Origin: the human T2T-CHM13v2.0 reference genome, Homo sapiens
Length of the DNA: 64,000 nt
NCBI RefSeq assembly: GCF_009914755.1
Contig: NC_060928.1
Direction: 5' to 3' (one strand)
The notes beneath the pieces were generated by a model. It was not told the origin of the DNA. It saw nothing but the letters and a program-made list of their open reading frames with translations, and did no database searches. Shown piece by piece: positions 14,255 to 27,580 of the stretch (positions within the stretch are counted from its first letter, which is position 1; each line of letters opens with the position of its first letter). Made by a program: the position numbers and the translations under genes.

Positions 14255-15406
14255 CATCTATATAATTTTTCTATACCAATGTGCTATAATCTGTTAATGG
14301 GACTTACGTCTCTTTATTGACATTATGTCTTCAATGTGGGCCAATGTTTAAACTATGATAGCAGCTTTTTATTTTTGTGCCTTTTTGTTTTCTGCATGTA
14401 TTGACTCAATATTTGTAAAATCCTGAGTCTAAATCAGGAAGCATTGCGTTAAACAGAATGTTTATGATTAGAGGTACCTCACAACTTTTATTTGAATTCC
14501 AAGAATAATGTTGATCAAGTCACTTAAATGCATTTAATTGCCTTTACTGTAAAATAACAGTAATGTTTTTTATTCTGACCTCACACATTTTCTTCAAAGT
14601 AAAAAATAATGTAAGTAAATGTGTAGAGAAACTAAAGACAATAAATTAGAATTTTTATCATTACAAATATTTTTTAATTAAAATATTTTTGTGATTTATT
14701 TCTTTGTCCAAGCTTTTTCTAAAAAATGACAGGTCGCATCAGCACAAATTATCTGAAGTTAAGTTGCTGCTAATCTCTCTGAATTGATGCCCTCCAGACC
14801 TACTCTGTAACTGTCATTCCCAAAGTGCTGGTTTATACACCTAATCATTTCACATATTTTTACCTGCCTCTTTGCTATTAGCATTGGTATTTAAAACTTC
14901 TGCTTTAGATCACTAACTCTTCCCAGTTATATCTAAGATTCCATCAAACAATATACTTAGCCAGTATTATACATGATCCTTGTAAAGTCGCATTCACAAA
15001 ATAACAATTTAAAATTTTGCTCCTGGTTTGCAAAGTAAAAACCTGCTCTCTTTTTAAATGTTTCTGCATTAATTAAAATTGCAAATGTCAGTACTAAATA
15101 TTTTTCAATATTTTATTGTTACTCCCAAACTTCATAGAAATACCTTCATGGGAAATCTGTCTAATTTGGTTATAGGAGAAAATAATAATAATTAACATGT
15201 GATTATTCAAAATTCTTCCTTTTAATAATGGGAGTTGTGCAATTTCTAAAACTCTACTCTTGTTTCTGGTACTATCATTAGGAGAGATTTTAACAAAATT
15301 ATTCATATGATTTTCCCTGGTGCATGATTCTTACCTCATCTATCTGTATTTTGTTTGTTCTTTTCTATCTATGTTTAAGTTCTTATTACTTTAAATTATC
15401 CAATTC

Positions 15407-15484
15407 AGAAGAAAGGAAAGAGGGAGAGAGGGAAGAAGAAAAGGAGAGAGGGGAAAAGAAAAGAAAGGAAGGAGGAAGGAAGAA
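15407..15484. repeat. Purine-rich (GA/GGAA) low-complexity tract
   Basis: Uninterrupted A/G run. Confidence 0.85.
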
Positions 15485-16619
15485 TTACATCTTTGTTTAA
15501 TGTGAAGTGCATGCTGTTTTTGGTAATATAATTCCCCTTCTATGAAAAAATTAACTTCTTCACTGTGAGTACTTAATTCTGACTTTATAGATTTGAAAAG
15601 AATAATAGAATTATTAATGCTGGAGAAAAAAATTAAAGATTATTTGCTCTGGCCTTCGTATTTTACTCGGAATATTTTAATAACTTGTCTAAGACAGCTG
15701 GCACAGCTGACTAATATTCAAGTGAGAATTAAACCTTCAAACCCTACACCTTTAGATTCCTAGGCCAGGTTTCTTTCTGTTATTTAATCCAATCATCTTT
15801 AAATCTTCACAGCTTTAAGCAACATCGCTGATCTCATTTATACTCAGGATGATCACAATATACTGAGGTTTTATGATTAATCTTGTTGCCATATCTCATT
15901 CTTATGTTAAAAGGCAAATTCCAATCTACAAATTTTTAATTCACCACTTGCATAGAAGTGATAACTAACTTTGCTATCATCTTTGGGACTATGTCATTTG
16001 CTTAAGAATCATGTTTCTGTGTGTGAAAGGCACTGAATTTATTCTGAAGTTGCATCTTTTAGTGCATGGATGCTAATTATCTGTGACATACAAATTAGTG
16101 ATTAGTGATCATTAGCAATAACCTTAAATATGTAATGCATAATGATTCTGTTGCAGTCATTTTTATGGCTATGTTGAGAAAACATAATTTATCTGTAACA
16201 TTTTACTGACTTTAAAACACATATATAAAGTATATTTTTTAATATAGAGGCAAAATGAATATAAAATTGTTTAACTTCTAGAATTTATTTTTCAGTTAGA
16301 AACATTATATAAATAATTATATTCATTCATTTCAAGACAAGAGACACACCTCTTATTACAGAAGAAATATCAAGTAAGTTTAAGAATATTATTTTCTTTT
16401 TTACTGTTTTGCTGTTTCTTATCATTTTTGGTCTACACTTAACAAATATTTGGGCTCATAATCTGCTCTAAATATATGCTAGAAGACAAAGCTGAAGGCT
16501 TGCCCCTAGGTAGAATATAATCTTTCTGTATATGATGCATTAAATATATTTATACCTGTTATTATGTCCTATGTGAATGATTAGCTAGTTAATTGATTAA
16601 CTATTATAGCTAGTTACTT

Positions 16620-17350
16620 AATATAATTTATTAAGCAAGAAAACACAAAGGAGACAAAAATGACCATAGATACCATGTCTATACCGTGTCTCTGACTTAA
16701 GTAATCACACATTTTAGAAGAGAAGACAGACTATTAAACAGATAATTGCACTGTGAATTTGATAATGCAATGCAATATGAGCAACTGCTATGGAATTACA
16801 GAAGACAGGGTAGCTTTGTGTGCTCAATTTAATCAGATATACTTTATCAAAAACATATTTGTACTTCATCTGGGTGGTTAGATAAGGTTTGTGAGATGGG
16901 TAGGTGTTAGAAAATCATATATCTGTAGATAGAAAGAGAGAAAGAAAGAAGAAAAGAAAGAAAAATATCAACAGCATGAACAACAGCATGAAGGGACTGA
17001 AATGACAGTGGGGAATGTCAAGACTGAAGGAAAGGGCAGGAGGAAATGGGAAAGAGTATAAATAAGTTGGGAAAGCAAGTTTCAACAAGATTTTGAAGGC
17101 CCTTTTTGTGTTAATGAATATGAGTTTTTCCTTTGGATAAGAGTAACAATGATGTCATATGAATTGAAAAATTGCATAATAAGACTTTGATCTTAGGAAG
17201 ACAACTACAGTAACAGAATAGAGGAAAGGCTAACTGGAGAACAACATGGAAACAAAAAAAATGGCTCTTTTCCTAAATCAATGTGAGAAATAATGAGCAA
17301 TTGTATTAAGGAAATACATTGAGCATGAAAGGAAGGAATGGTTTATTTTA
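16620..17350 (-). mobile_element. L2-like remnant
   Basis: Purine-rich antisense L2-type motifs (AGACAGACTATTAAACAGATAATTGCAC; GCTATGGAATTACAGAAG); very diverged. Confidence 0.4.
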
Positions 17351-17550
17351 AAAGGTCAGAAGTCTTGTTCAGATACTTATTTTTATTGATATTTGCTGTT
17401 AATAAAGTAGTGGATCAGTAAAAATTAAACAGCTAATATAATTAAGGAAGAAAATGGACTGAAATGGAGTCTGGGACAGTGATAAATATGGGATACAATC
17501 AAAACAGCTGAAAACTCTAATGTCTAAAAAGCACTTAAAAATTTTTAAGA

Positions 17551-18085
17551 TGTTTTGTGGTTATCAGAACAATGGCTCCCAAAGACATCCGTGCTCTAAC
17601 CCCAGAACCTATGAATGTGCAGATGTGATCAGGGAGGTTTCTTTTCAGGTCCCACCTTGGATACCAAAATTTACAGATGCTCATGCACCTTGTATACACT
17701 GGCATAGTACAGTTAGCCCTCCACCGTTGGCCCTCTGTTTTTCTATTCACGTTTGGTAGAATCCAAAGATGTGAAATCCACATATGAATAGCAGAAATGG
17801 AGGGCAGACTGTACTGAATTTGAAAGGTGGAGATTATCCTGGATTATGTGGGTGGGCCCAATCAAATCATGTGAGCATTTATAAATAAAGACTCTATTCC
17901 AGTTGTGTTAGAGAGATGAGATAGAAGAAGAGTAAGGAGAGATAAAAATATAAGAAGACTCAATCTACTATTGTTGGTTTTGAAGATTGATGAGGGGGCA
18001 ACAAACCAAAGAATGCAGACTCTAGAATGTGTGAACTGCAAGGAACAGACCTCATCTAGAGTTTCCAGAGAGAATGAGGCCCTGC
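17551..18085 (+). mobile_element. MLT1 (MaLR) LTR, 5' part, split by the ERV1 provirus
   Basis: AATGGCTCCCAAAGACATCC...GGGAGATTATCCTGGATTATGTGGGTGGGCCCAAT...GGCCCTGC; resumes at 27444. Confidence 0.8.
17632..17813. mobile_element. Tigger-derived MITE (MER2-like) nested in the MLT1
   Basis: GGATACCAAAATTTACAGATGCTCA and the TIR-like end ATGGAGGGCAGACTGTA. Confidence 0.6.
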
Positions 18086-18725
18086 TGATATAGGAGTTAA
18101 AAAGAAATTATTTAGGCAAATAGCAGGGTAAGGAAGTTCTCAGTAAGGTTTTCCTTTTAAAGAAAAGCAGCCCCCAGATCATTTCTTTTCTAACAAAGAG
18201 CAGTCTGTAAAATTGAGCTTCAGACATAGATAAGCAAGCTGGAAGCTTGCACAAGTGAATGCTGGCAGCTGTGCCAATAGGAAAAGGCTACCTGGGGCTA
18301 GGTATGTCCAATATGGCGGTTCAATCTTCCATTTTCCGTGTCAACCATGTGCACAGTAAGGAACAGGCAACATGACACTAACCAAGTAGAGATCCCCATT
18401 TGCATAATAAAAGATTAGGATGAGGTGGCCAACTTCATCATGAACTACGTAAATGTCACACCTGACCCAACCAAACTTAGGCCCTATATATATCAGACAT
18501 TGCCTCCTCAAGCCTGTCTATAAAACCCTATGCACTCCACCACAGGCTGGAATTCCCATTCGGGCACTCCCTCTCTCAAAGGAAAGAGAGCTATTCTCCT
18601 CTCTTTTTCTTTCACCTATTAAACCTCTGCTCATAAACTCACTCCTTGTGTGTGTCCATGTCCTTGATTTCCTTGACATGAGGCAACGAAGCTCAGGTAT
18701 TACCCCAGACAACACCACCACTTCA
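18086..18725 (+). promoter_or_regulatory. 5' LTR with CCAAT, TATAAAA (18519-18525) and ATTAAA (18618-18623)
   Basis: TGATATAGGAG...CTTCA termini; motifs read directly from the sequence. Confidence 0.85.
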
Positions 18726-18728
18726 TTT

Positions 18729-18747
18729 TGGGGACTTTGTCCAGGTT
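18729..18747 (+). other. Primer binding site, tRNA-Pro-like
   Basis: TGGGGACTTTGTCCAGGTT against the tRNA-Pro PBS TGGGGGCTCGTCCGGGAT, 3 nt after the LTR. Confidence 0.75.
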
Positions 18748-20165
18748 CCCAAGATACATTCATTGAAACGGTGAGTCCATGAGTGGACCCCAACTCTGTC
18801 CTTTCATTTTGAGGCTCTCATCTTCCATTTTAGAATCAAATCATACCAAATACTGGGCCTCCTTTAGCCATTTGAAAGCAATTAGCATGGCTGCCAGCCT
18901 TACAAGACTTGGAGGACAGGCTTGCTGGGGAGAACATGGAGAATCCCCCAGTACCCATGGGTTGCTGGGCATATTGGCCTCGTTTAAACCAGTTTCCTTT
19001 CACAGAGGACACAGCCATTGTGTGAGGCTAGAAAAAGTGCTGGAGTCACTGAGGATTTCTGGCTGGGGCTACTCCCTGGTGTTATTCAAAGGCTTCTGGA
19101 CTGACCCCAGCCTCCAACCACCTGATCATGTATCAGCAACAGGACCTCCAGCTTTTTTATTATAATTTCCTCCTTTCCTCTATCCTATCCTCTTTCTGTA
19201 TGAAATGTGCAAGATTTTTAGTTCAGGGAAGTAATCTGGACTAGGCAAGATCAGGAAATGCCATAGAAGCTGGGAATGAAGCTCAAGGGAATGCCATTTT
19301 TTGTGTGATTTTCTAGGAATAGAGGATCTCCCCCACTCCCCACAGTGAGTGTCTCTCTCTCTCTCTCTCTCTGTCCTTGGCCTGGAGAGGACATGGTATT
19401 TCAAGGTCAACACCATCACCTAGTGGAATAGGAATCCTCTCCATGAGGCATATTGTTGGCCCTTTGCCATAACACTCTAGCTTCTCAATTTTCCCTCCTT
19501 TTTGTGCCCCTAGAGGCCAGGCTTTATCCCACTTCTGTAAAAGAGAAAACTCTGCCTTCAACAACAAGAAGAAAAACGTCTTCCAAAACCAAATGTTAGC
19601 CTCAATACTGTCCCATCAGCAGGGAAACCACCTTTCAGTCACTCCATTCTTTTAAGGCATCTATTCTTCCTCCAATTAAAATGGCACCTAAATAGTCAGG
19701 GGATTTTAAGCCTGGAAGTTAACCAGAACCTTTCTCTAAGAAGAAGCACTTTAGCATGGGCCATAATAGCAGGATATATAAAGTTCAATCTAGCACACTC
19801 CCTCCATTAAACAGGGTAGTGCAATAGTTGCCTAAATTCAACTATTATGTAGTTTTTCCTGAGATCCATCTTTCCAGGAGACACACAGGCCACATAAATC
19901 TAGGAAGTCAAAGGGACATCACAAGTGGTGAACCAGAGTCACATGGGTAAGCGTGAATAATCCCAATCTCTTAGTTCCTCTGGTTCCATGGCTGGAGGTC
20001 ATACCTACCTGCAACCATGGGTGGCATGTTTAACAGTGTGTTGGGAAGTAGGAACAAAGGAGGGAAAACAGAAGGGGGAAAACCTCCACCTTCTTCCCCT
20101 CCAACCTGGATCCCACCAAAATATAGGAGACTAAAGGGACGCAATTTTCTCACTTCACTTTCTGG

Positions 20166-21030
20166 ATGGGTAACAGACCATCTTCAGCTTGCACCTTTCT
20201 GGAGTGTATTCTGAAGCATAGAGACTCCTTTGACCCTGAGACTTTGAAGAAAAGGCAGCTCATTTTCTTTAGCGCAAGGGTGTGGCCTTCTTACTCTCTG
20301 ACACAGCCTGACCTATGTAAGGCAGCTTTGATTTTAACACTTTTCAACAATCATATATTTCCTGCAAATGGAAAGGCAAATGGTCCAGAGTCCCCAATGT
20401 ACAAGCTTTATTTGCCCTGCAAGACAACCCAGACCTTTGCAAGTATTACACAATTGACCCAGCTTTTTCAACAATCATATCAGGCAGTCCCAAAAGGAAT
20501 AAGTTTCCAAGACGAGAAAAGCAATTTCTGGGAAAATTATCTGCAGCAGCTATTGAGTGTCTCATACCTTCCAGTCCCCCTTATCTGGGCCCACCTTCAA
20601 CTAGGCCACCGGTTCCTCCACTTCCACCATCTCCAACATTTCTCATTCCCCCACCTTCACTCCTACTCTTACAGGAAATGCCCAATGGAGGTGATCTCAC
20701 TAGGGTTCAAATTCCTATCGCATTGCAGGACCTTAGGCAAATAAAGGGAAAACTAGGCTGATTTTCTGATGACCCTGATAGCTATGTAGAAGCTTTCCAA
20801 AATATAATTCAGGTGTTTTACCTCTCATAGAGGGATGCTATGCTGCTCCTAAGTTAAACCCTAACTGCAGCTAAGAAGCAAGCTGCTCTGCAGGCAGCAA
20901 AGAATTTTGGAGATGAGCAACATGTCTCCTATAGGAGGTCAAAAAGAAAAGGAGAAAATAGGGAAACTGAAGAAATAGGGGAACCATGATTCTCAATAAG
21001 CAGAGAGGCAGTACCTCTTGACAATTCTAG
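20166..21030 (+). pseudogene. gag: Degenerate class I ERV gag (MA to N-terminal CA), HERV-W/HERV9-like
   Basis: MGNRPSSACTFLECILKHRDSFDPETLKKRQLIFF...WPSY with a Gly2 myristoylation site; after frameshifts ...LQDLRQIKGKLG*FSDDPDSYVEAFQ...; several stops. Confidence 0.85.
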
Positions 21031-21699
21031 TTGAAATCCTCAAATGCAACTTGCAGATACCCAGGCCCTTCCTGGCCCCCAATCCACATAATTGGCTCCT
21101 CCAGTTCTACCACCCAAACCCCCAAATTTATGGCATTTTTTCCTCCTATTTCATGGTTTAAAATGGCTCCAATCTCTTCTTTTACAAAGTTATTCCAACC
21201 TGGGAAAAGTTAATTTCCCCAAACCTTATAATGCTTGGCTTAGAGTAGAGTTCAGGGGAAGGCAACGCAGAAGCCTGACATGCCGGAAAAAGAGTAAAAG
21301 GGTTTTTTGTTTGTTTTGTTTGTTTTTTTACCAGTTGGGCTTTTGGTTTCTCTCTACCTGTGCAAACTGGTAAAAGGGATCATGAGGATCACTGTTTATA
21401 TTCTCTGTGAAGTTTTAATTGGTGAAAAAGGATATGTGAAGTTGGTCTTAAGCTGTAGCCAGTCTGGTGTGCTTTGCATGTCTTTCTGTATGGTTCTGTC
21501 AAAAGAAAGGGTACCTTAGGTTAGGATGCAGGCCCAGGACCCCATAAGCCTGCTGTTCAAGCCAGCCCAACAAAATGGTCAGTAACAAACTTTGTTACAG
21601 GCCCCCATCTTGTTTTATGTCCTTGAGAACATGACCTGTAACCATGTGGTAATACTGTGCTTTAGTTTCTGCCATTTTACAACGGTGGCTGTCTTCTAG

Positions 21700-22126
21700 T
21701 GCTAATTCAGTTCCTGGGGGTGGGGGGGTGGGGCCAGAAAATTAGATAAGCCAGTTTATCAATCTGGGTGGTGCCAGCTGATCCATCCAAGGCAGGGTTT
21801 TCAAAATGTCTTAAGCACTGATCTTGAGAGTAGTTTAGGGAGGGTCAAAACTTTGTAGCCTCCAGCTGTGTGACTCCTAAGCAGTAGCTTCTAATCTTGT
21901 GGCTAGTTTCTTGGTCTGGTCTCCAGGCAATGGGAAGGTTTATTTTGGGAAAAGGCCACTGTCATTTTTGTTTTGTACTATATACTGTAAACCAAGCTCC
22001 TACCAGAGGTAGTTCAGCCTACACCCAGGGATGGGCAAGGGCAGCTTGGGGGCTGGAAGCAAGATGGAGTTGGTTGGGTCAGATCTCTTTCACTGTCTCA
22101 GTCACAATTTTGAAATGATGGTTTCA
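21700..22126 (-). mobile_element. Antisense LTR8-like segment within the provirus
   Basis: Reverse complement begins TGAAACCATCATTTCAAAATTGTGACTGAGACAGTGAAAGAGATCTGACCCAACCAACTCCATCTTGCTTC, the recalled LTR8 5' end. Confidence 0.8.
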
Positions 22127-22450
22127 AAAGCTGCTTACCACCCCTTTGAAAACACCTTGTACACTCATGGTTAAGTCATAACCTAATTAAGGCTTGTTGA
22201 TTTCACCTGTGAGTTTACTTTTTCTAACGTTTAAAAGCCAAAAATCTTCATGCTTCACATGGCTAAAGTTGAGTAACAAGGAATTTAAAAGGATTTTCTT
22301 AAAGATCTCTCAGTTTAATTAAAAATGAATATCCAAATTATAGGTATATTTAAAAGACCTTTATGTTTTTCTCTTCTTAGGTTTGTTTTACTGGAAAAAG
22401 GCTTTCTTCTCAGTTGACAGAATTATTTTTCTCTATTTTGTGTCTTGCCA

Positions 22451-22741
22451 TTTTTTTGTTTTTGAGGTGGAGTCTCACTACAACGCCCAGGCTGAAGGGC
22501 AATGGCATGATCTTGGCTCACTGCAACCTCCACTTCCTGGGTTCAAGCAATTCTCCTGCCTCAGCCTCTTGAGTAGCTGGGATTACGGGCACCCACCATC
22601 ATGCCTAGCTATTTTTTTTGTATTTTTGGTAGAGACAGAGATTCAGCATATTGGCCAGGCTGGTCATGAACTCCTGACCTCAAGTGATCCACCCACCTCG
22701 GCCTCCCATGTGTGAGGATTACAGGTGTGAGCCACCATGCC
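22451..22741 (-). mobile_element. AluS inserted in the provirus
   Basis: Antisense Alu; 12-bp TSD TGTGTCTTGCCA at 22439-22450 and 22742-22753. Confidence 0.95.
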
Positions 22742-25700
22742 TGTGTCTTGCCACTATTAATGCACACATGAGAGGCCCTAAGATAACTTCTGGTAGCCTG
22801 GGACTCTTTGGGAAAAAGAGAGGAGGCATCACAGACCCCACTTTGAAAAAAGCTCTGTTTTCATGAAACCCCATGTATTAAAAATTAATGAATCCCTCTC
22901 AAGATCAAAGGCTCTGATCTGTTTTGCATTGTGTGCATGTTTTGAGTTTTGGGGGTGTCAGAAATTACTTCACATTATGAGAGAGCTTTGGTGTGTAATA
23001 ACTAGGTAGGACATATACTTTAAGAAATAGCTAACAGTAGTTATGAAGAGATATTAACTCTTTGCACATTTGTATCAGAAAAGCATGCTCTTGGCCACCT
23101 GGAAGATATGAAAACATCCCCTCCCCTCATTGAGAGATGAGACTCCCATGGGAAATGGGCTAGTTACAGAATGGGCTGATTGGCTTTGGGTTGCCTTGCA
23201 ATGAAATTCACAGTAGAAGCATTGTGCTGTCTTCTCTCATAGTATTTTCCTCTTTTTGGAGATGCAGGATCCACTAGAAAATTGCACCCTTAATTTTAGA
23301 GATCTGTTTTTGCCTTCAGCGGTGCCTGTTTATTAGGCCCTAGAAATGCATGCTTTCCTGGCCTTGTTCTTCCTAGGGCTCCACCTCGAAGCCAGTAATC
23401 AAATTAAGAAACTGGCAAATGAAAATTTGTACAAGTGCTGAATCTTCTGTCTATCTGTATAGCTATATATGTGTTGTGTGTAATGTCTATAAAAAGAGTC
23501 CTAATTGATTGGATTAAAGAAAAATAAGCACTTAAATCAAATATTTTTAAGGAAAAATAAAAGCTGTAATGCCTTTTAGTTCACGTGACTATGATATTTA
23601 AGAAATAAGTATAGTCTTAAGGAATATTAGTAAATGACAAGTGCCATAAAAATGTAAATAGATGTTCTAAATCATATGTCAGATATTAGGTTTGCTAAAT
23701 GTGTCAAGGTTGTATACTGCCTGCTTTACAACTTGGTAAGGCCTGGGGACAAACAAAATTAGCTACACCCCTAACTCTGTCAGAAAAAGTCAGACTTTAT
23801 CTGTACCTAGCTAATAATCAAATCAACTTGGCAGGTTTCACATTAATGTTCAAAATTGCTAAAAGTTATCATTATAATATGTAGTTTAAGTAACTAAAAA
23901 TAGATATACATGCAAGGTGTATAAAAACAGTAAAACATGTTTTTACTAAAAGATTTTAAGAAGGCATGGAAATGTAAATTTTGCCTAAAGATGAAGGATT
24001 GTCTTTAATTATATAAGATAATACTGGAGGTTTAAGCAAGTTGTGGAAGGATTGTAAAAATTAAAAAAAAATACTTGCAAAAATCCCATGTGTAAACATT
24101 AACTAAATTCAAAAGGGTACTATATGGTCTTTTCATAAATTGAGCATTGAAATAAAAGCACATTTATATTGTCTTAAGATGCTAATCTGCCCTACAGCAA
24201 AAGAGGTTGTAAAGGGTTGTAAAAATTTCACCGCTGTGTCAGATTGGTTAAGATTCAATGGAATTGTCTATGAAATTTCATTAAAAATTGGGGTTAACAT
24301 TAATAAATTTATGCAAGTGTAAAACTTGGCTTTTAACAGGATTTTTTATAATAGTTAAGACTACTAATAAAAGGATTTTGCTCTTTGAGTCTTCATTTTG
24401 GCAAAATACATAACCTGTGGTAATCTAAAATTCTGTTTCATAACATTAAGTGTTCTAAACCTCTGACATATTTAACAGCCTTCCCAAAATCAAACTTCAA
24501 GTTTCAAATTTGTCTTTCCTGATGCCTGGTTGTCTGGATGTTTCAGAGGGCCCCTGGAACATCCAGAGAAGAGGTAAACAGTATTATTTAACATGTTTAG
24601 TTACATGGGATTGCCAAAATGATGGCCAATCTTGTTTTGGTTATATTTTGGTGAATAATACTAATATATGTTCCAAGATTGTATGGGATTTCTGAATTCT
24701 AATATCTAAGTATATGTTATCAATCATAATTAAGGTTAAAGTTATTGTAAACCACAGAAGTAACCAAATATATTTGTCAGTTGTGTTTTTAACTGTAACT
24801 ACCCTGAAAATTTTATCATTTGCAGACAATTGTTGTCTTGACTTGTTTCTTTTCTAAAGATCATTTATAATAAGGCTATAGGATTTTAACAGGTGTCCTC
24901 AAATGCAGAATTTTAATAGCTTTGAAGATTGTAACATTTGAATAGAGACAAAAATATACAAGACTCATGAAGAGCTTAAATGTCCATGAATATAAAAACA
25001 GGAGTTAACTGCATGAACTACACTAATAGAAGTCTGAACTAATCTTTTTTCACTTTTTCTTATAACGTAGTTAATTCTTGTTTTGTATTCAAAGTCAAGG
25101 AAACCTTTCTTTTAAGCTAAGTAAGGTATACTTCTGTGAACAAAATTTGAAGTAAATTTGTTTTTCACTGCCAGTTTCCTCTAAAATTTGGAAACCATTT
25201 GTGAGTATTCTTAAGACACAATAGGCAAAACTGGTTGTTTTTCCAAGGCTTTGACTGGAAGGATGTGTTTCCCTTTAAGGAATCAAGCTTGATTTTCAGA
25301 GCCACTAAAAGCCCTTTGGGGAGACTGGCCTCTTACCTTTGCCTAGGCAGTCCCCTTACAGGGTTTCTGGCCTGTGGTCATTAAAGGGTGTTGCTTTCTA
25401 ACAGATCCAGGAGCTCCAGGCTTATCTTGGGACCTTAAGAGGAAAGGATCACCCAACTCACAGGTATTTGAGGATACAAACCCATGGCTGGGCTTGGCTT
25501 TAAAAGGCCTTACCTGAGATTTCTTGTGGAACAGAGTTCCATCGAAGCCAGTACAAAAGGCCTACATAGAAATAATTATTCTTGCTGCACTTTATGCTAA
25601 TAATCAGGCCAAGCATAGTTCTATCATATATTTTTTTTTTACCAAAAATGAGGACTGGAGAGAGAAAAGTTATGCAACAAAATTTATCATATATTTGCCA

Positions 25701-26801
25701 CTAAATTCTATTGTCACTTGGTTGTTTTTAAGTTTTTTAACCCACATTTTATACTAATCCTGCTTATTCCTGAGAATCAAGTAGTGATGTCCTGCAGCCC
25801 CAAAGAAACAGAAAGGGATGGGTAATGTAAAAATCTGGATCAATATTCTAGCTCTGGGCAATTATCCTGCAAATCCTGCCAGGTGATAAAAGTAAATAGG
25901 GTGCCCATACTTGCAGGTTTCTTTGTTTGGGAAAATAAAGCCAAGCACTTCATAGACCCTCAAAAAGAAATTCTATGTATTGGCAAGTAAAATTTTAGAT
26001 GGAAATAATCTACTATGCCACCCTTGTGGACACTGCTATACACACTCTACTATTTGCAGTAGGGCTAGACATGGTAGCACCTTCTAACTAAAATATCAGA
26101 CAGAGAGTTTCCATTGCTGTAGTATTTTCCTTAGTTATTATCCTTATATCAGGGATAATAGTCACCAACAAGAAGTAAGCAAGAAAGTTTTACCATCTCA
26201 GAGTCTGCTAGGACTTTTTATTGGGTTTGTTAATATGTCACACCCTAGCTATGAAAAGCATGTTATAAAGAAAAATATTTTATATAACAAATATTTCATG
26301 TGGTATATTCTTGTCCTAAAGACAATAACTAGTTGTTTAAAAAAAGGGATGTTTAGGACAAGTCAGAAAGTTTGAGCATGTCATAGATTGTTTGTGGAAG
26401 TCATGAAAAAATCAGTAATTGCGGGAAAGATTTAGCCAAGGTTAACACTAAGGTTTCTCTAGTCACCCAAATCCAATTCCACTTATCCTAAAAAGAATGT
26501 TACTATTATAATATTTCAGCAACATATAGTTTAGGCAAACTAGTACTACAACCCATTGAAACAGCTGACAGCAATCACACTCCAAGTGGTGCTGCAGACA
26601 GAACCACACACAGTCATTGCTAAACATAGACATAAACCTTTCTTCTGAGGATCTAAGATCAATTGCAAGAGGAGGTCTAGCTGCTGTTCCCCTCAAAACA
26701 TCCCTTTTCACTTGATCTTGGACAAAAGGCTGAGAAGAAGAAAGTAGCCAGAAAGAGTCATTGTTCAACACTCCCTAACAGCAGTTAGGGTTACCACTCC
26801 T

Positions 26802-26811
26802 GAGGGGAGAA
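26802..26811 (+). other. Polypurine tract
   Basis: GAGGGGAGAA immediately before the TG of the 3' LTR. Confidence 0.8.
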
Positions 26812-27443
26812 TGATATAGGAATTAGAAAGAAATCATTTAGGCAGATAGGGTAAGGAAGTCCTCAGCAAATTTTCCCTTTTAATTAAAAGCAGCCCCCAA
26901 ATTATTTATTTTCTAACAAAGAGCAGCCTGTAAAATCGAGCTACAGACAGAGAAGCAAGCTGGAAGTTTGTATCCATGAATATCGGCAGCTATGCCAATA
27001 GTAAAAGTCTATCTGGGGCTAGGCATTTGTAACATGGTGGCTCAATTTTTTCCTTTCCTTGTCATCCATGTGCACAGTAAGGAGCAGGCAACATTATGCC
27101 CATGAAGTAGAAACTCCATTTGCATAATAAATAATTAGGGTGGGTTTGCCAGCTTCCTCGTGTGCTTTGTAAATGTCACACTTGGTCCAACCAATCTTTG
27201 GGCTCTATGTAGCTCAGACACCACCTCATCAAGCCTGTCTGTAAAACCCTGTGCACTCTGCCACAGACCAGAAGTCCCATTCAGGCACCCTTCTCTTTCT
27301 AAGGAGAGAGTGCTATTTTCCTCTCTCTTTTGCCTATTAAACCTCTGCTCTTAAACTCACCCCTTGTGTGTGTTCGTGTCCTTGATTTCCTTGGCATGAG
27401 GCAACAAACCTTAAGCATTACCCCAGAAAACAACGTTGCTTCA
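26812..27443 (+). mobile_element. 3' LTR of the provirus
   Basis: Colinear with 18086-18725; the TATA position reads TGTAAAA; ATTAAA retained. Confidence 0.92.
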
Positions 27444-27580
27444 CTGCCAATATCTGGATTTTAGCCCAGTGATCCCCATATTGAACCTTTGACTTGTAGA
27501 ACAGTGAAATAGTAAATGTATGTTTTTAAAGCTGTTAGATTTGTAGTAACTTATTACATCTGTGGTGGAAAATGAATGCA
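27444..27580 (+). mobile_element. MLT1 LTR, 3' part
   Basis: CTGCCAATATCTGGATTTTAGCCCAGTGA...GAAAATGAATGCA continues the MLT1 broken at 18085. Confidence 0.8.

Larger units (their letters stand above)
18086..27443 (+). mobile_element. Two-LTR ERV1 provirus, LTR9/HUERS-P3-like, non-autonomous
   Basis: Homologous LTRs at 18086-18725 and 26812-27443; perfect TSD CTGC (18082-18085 / 27444-27447); PBS, PPT and gag remnant present. Confidence 0.92.

Noticed and set aside
16290-16380. Possible small exon (TTTTCAG ... CAA|GTAAGT)
   Set aside because: Isolated splice-like motifs are common in AT-rich DNA; no coding or partner-exon support
20166-20744. 192-aa ORF as an intact or domesticated Gag
   Set aside because: Gag similarity holds for only about 45 codons before a frameshift; the rest of this frame is not Gag
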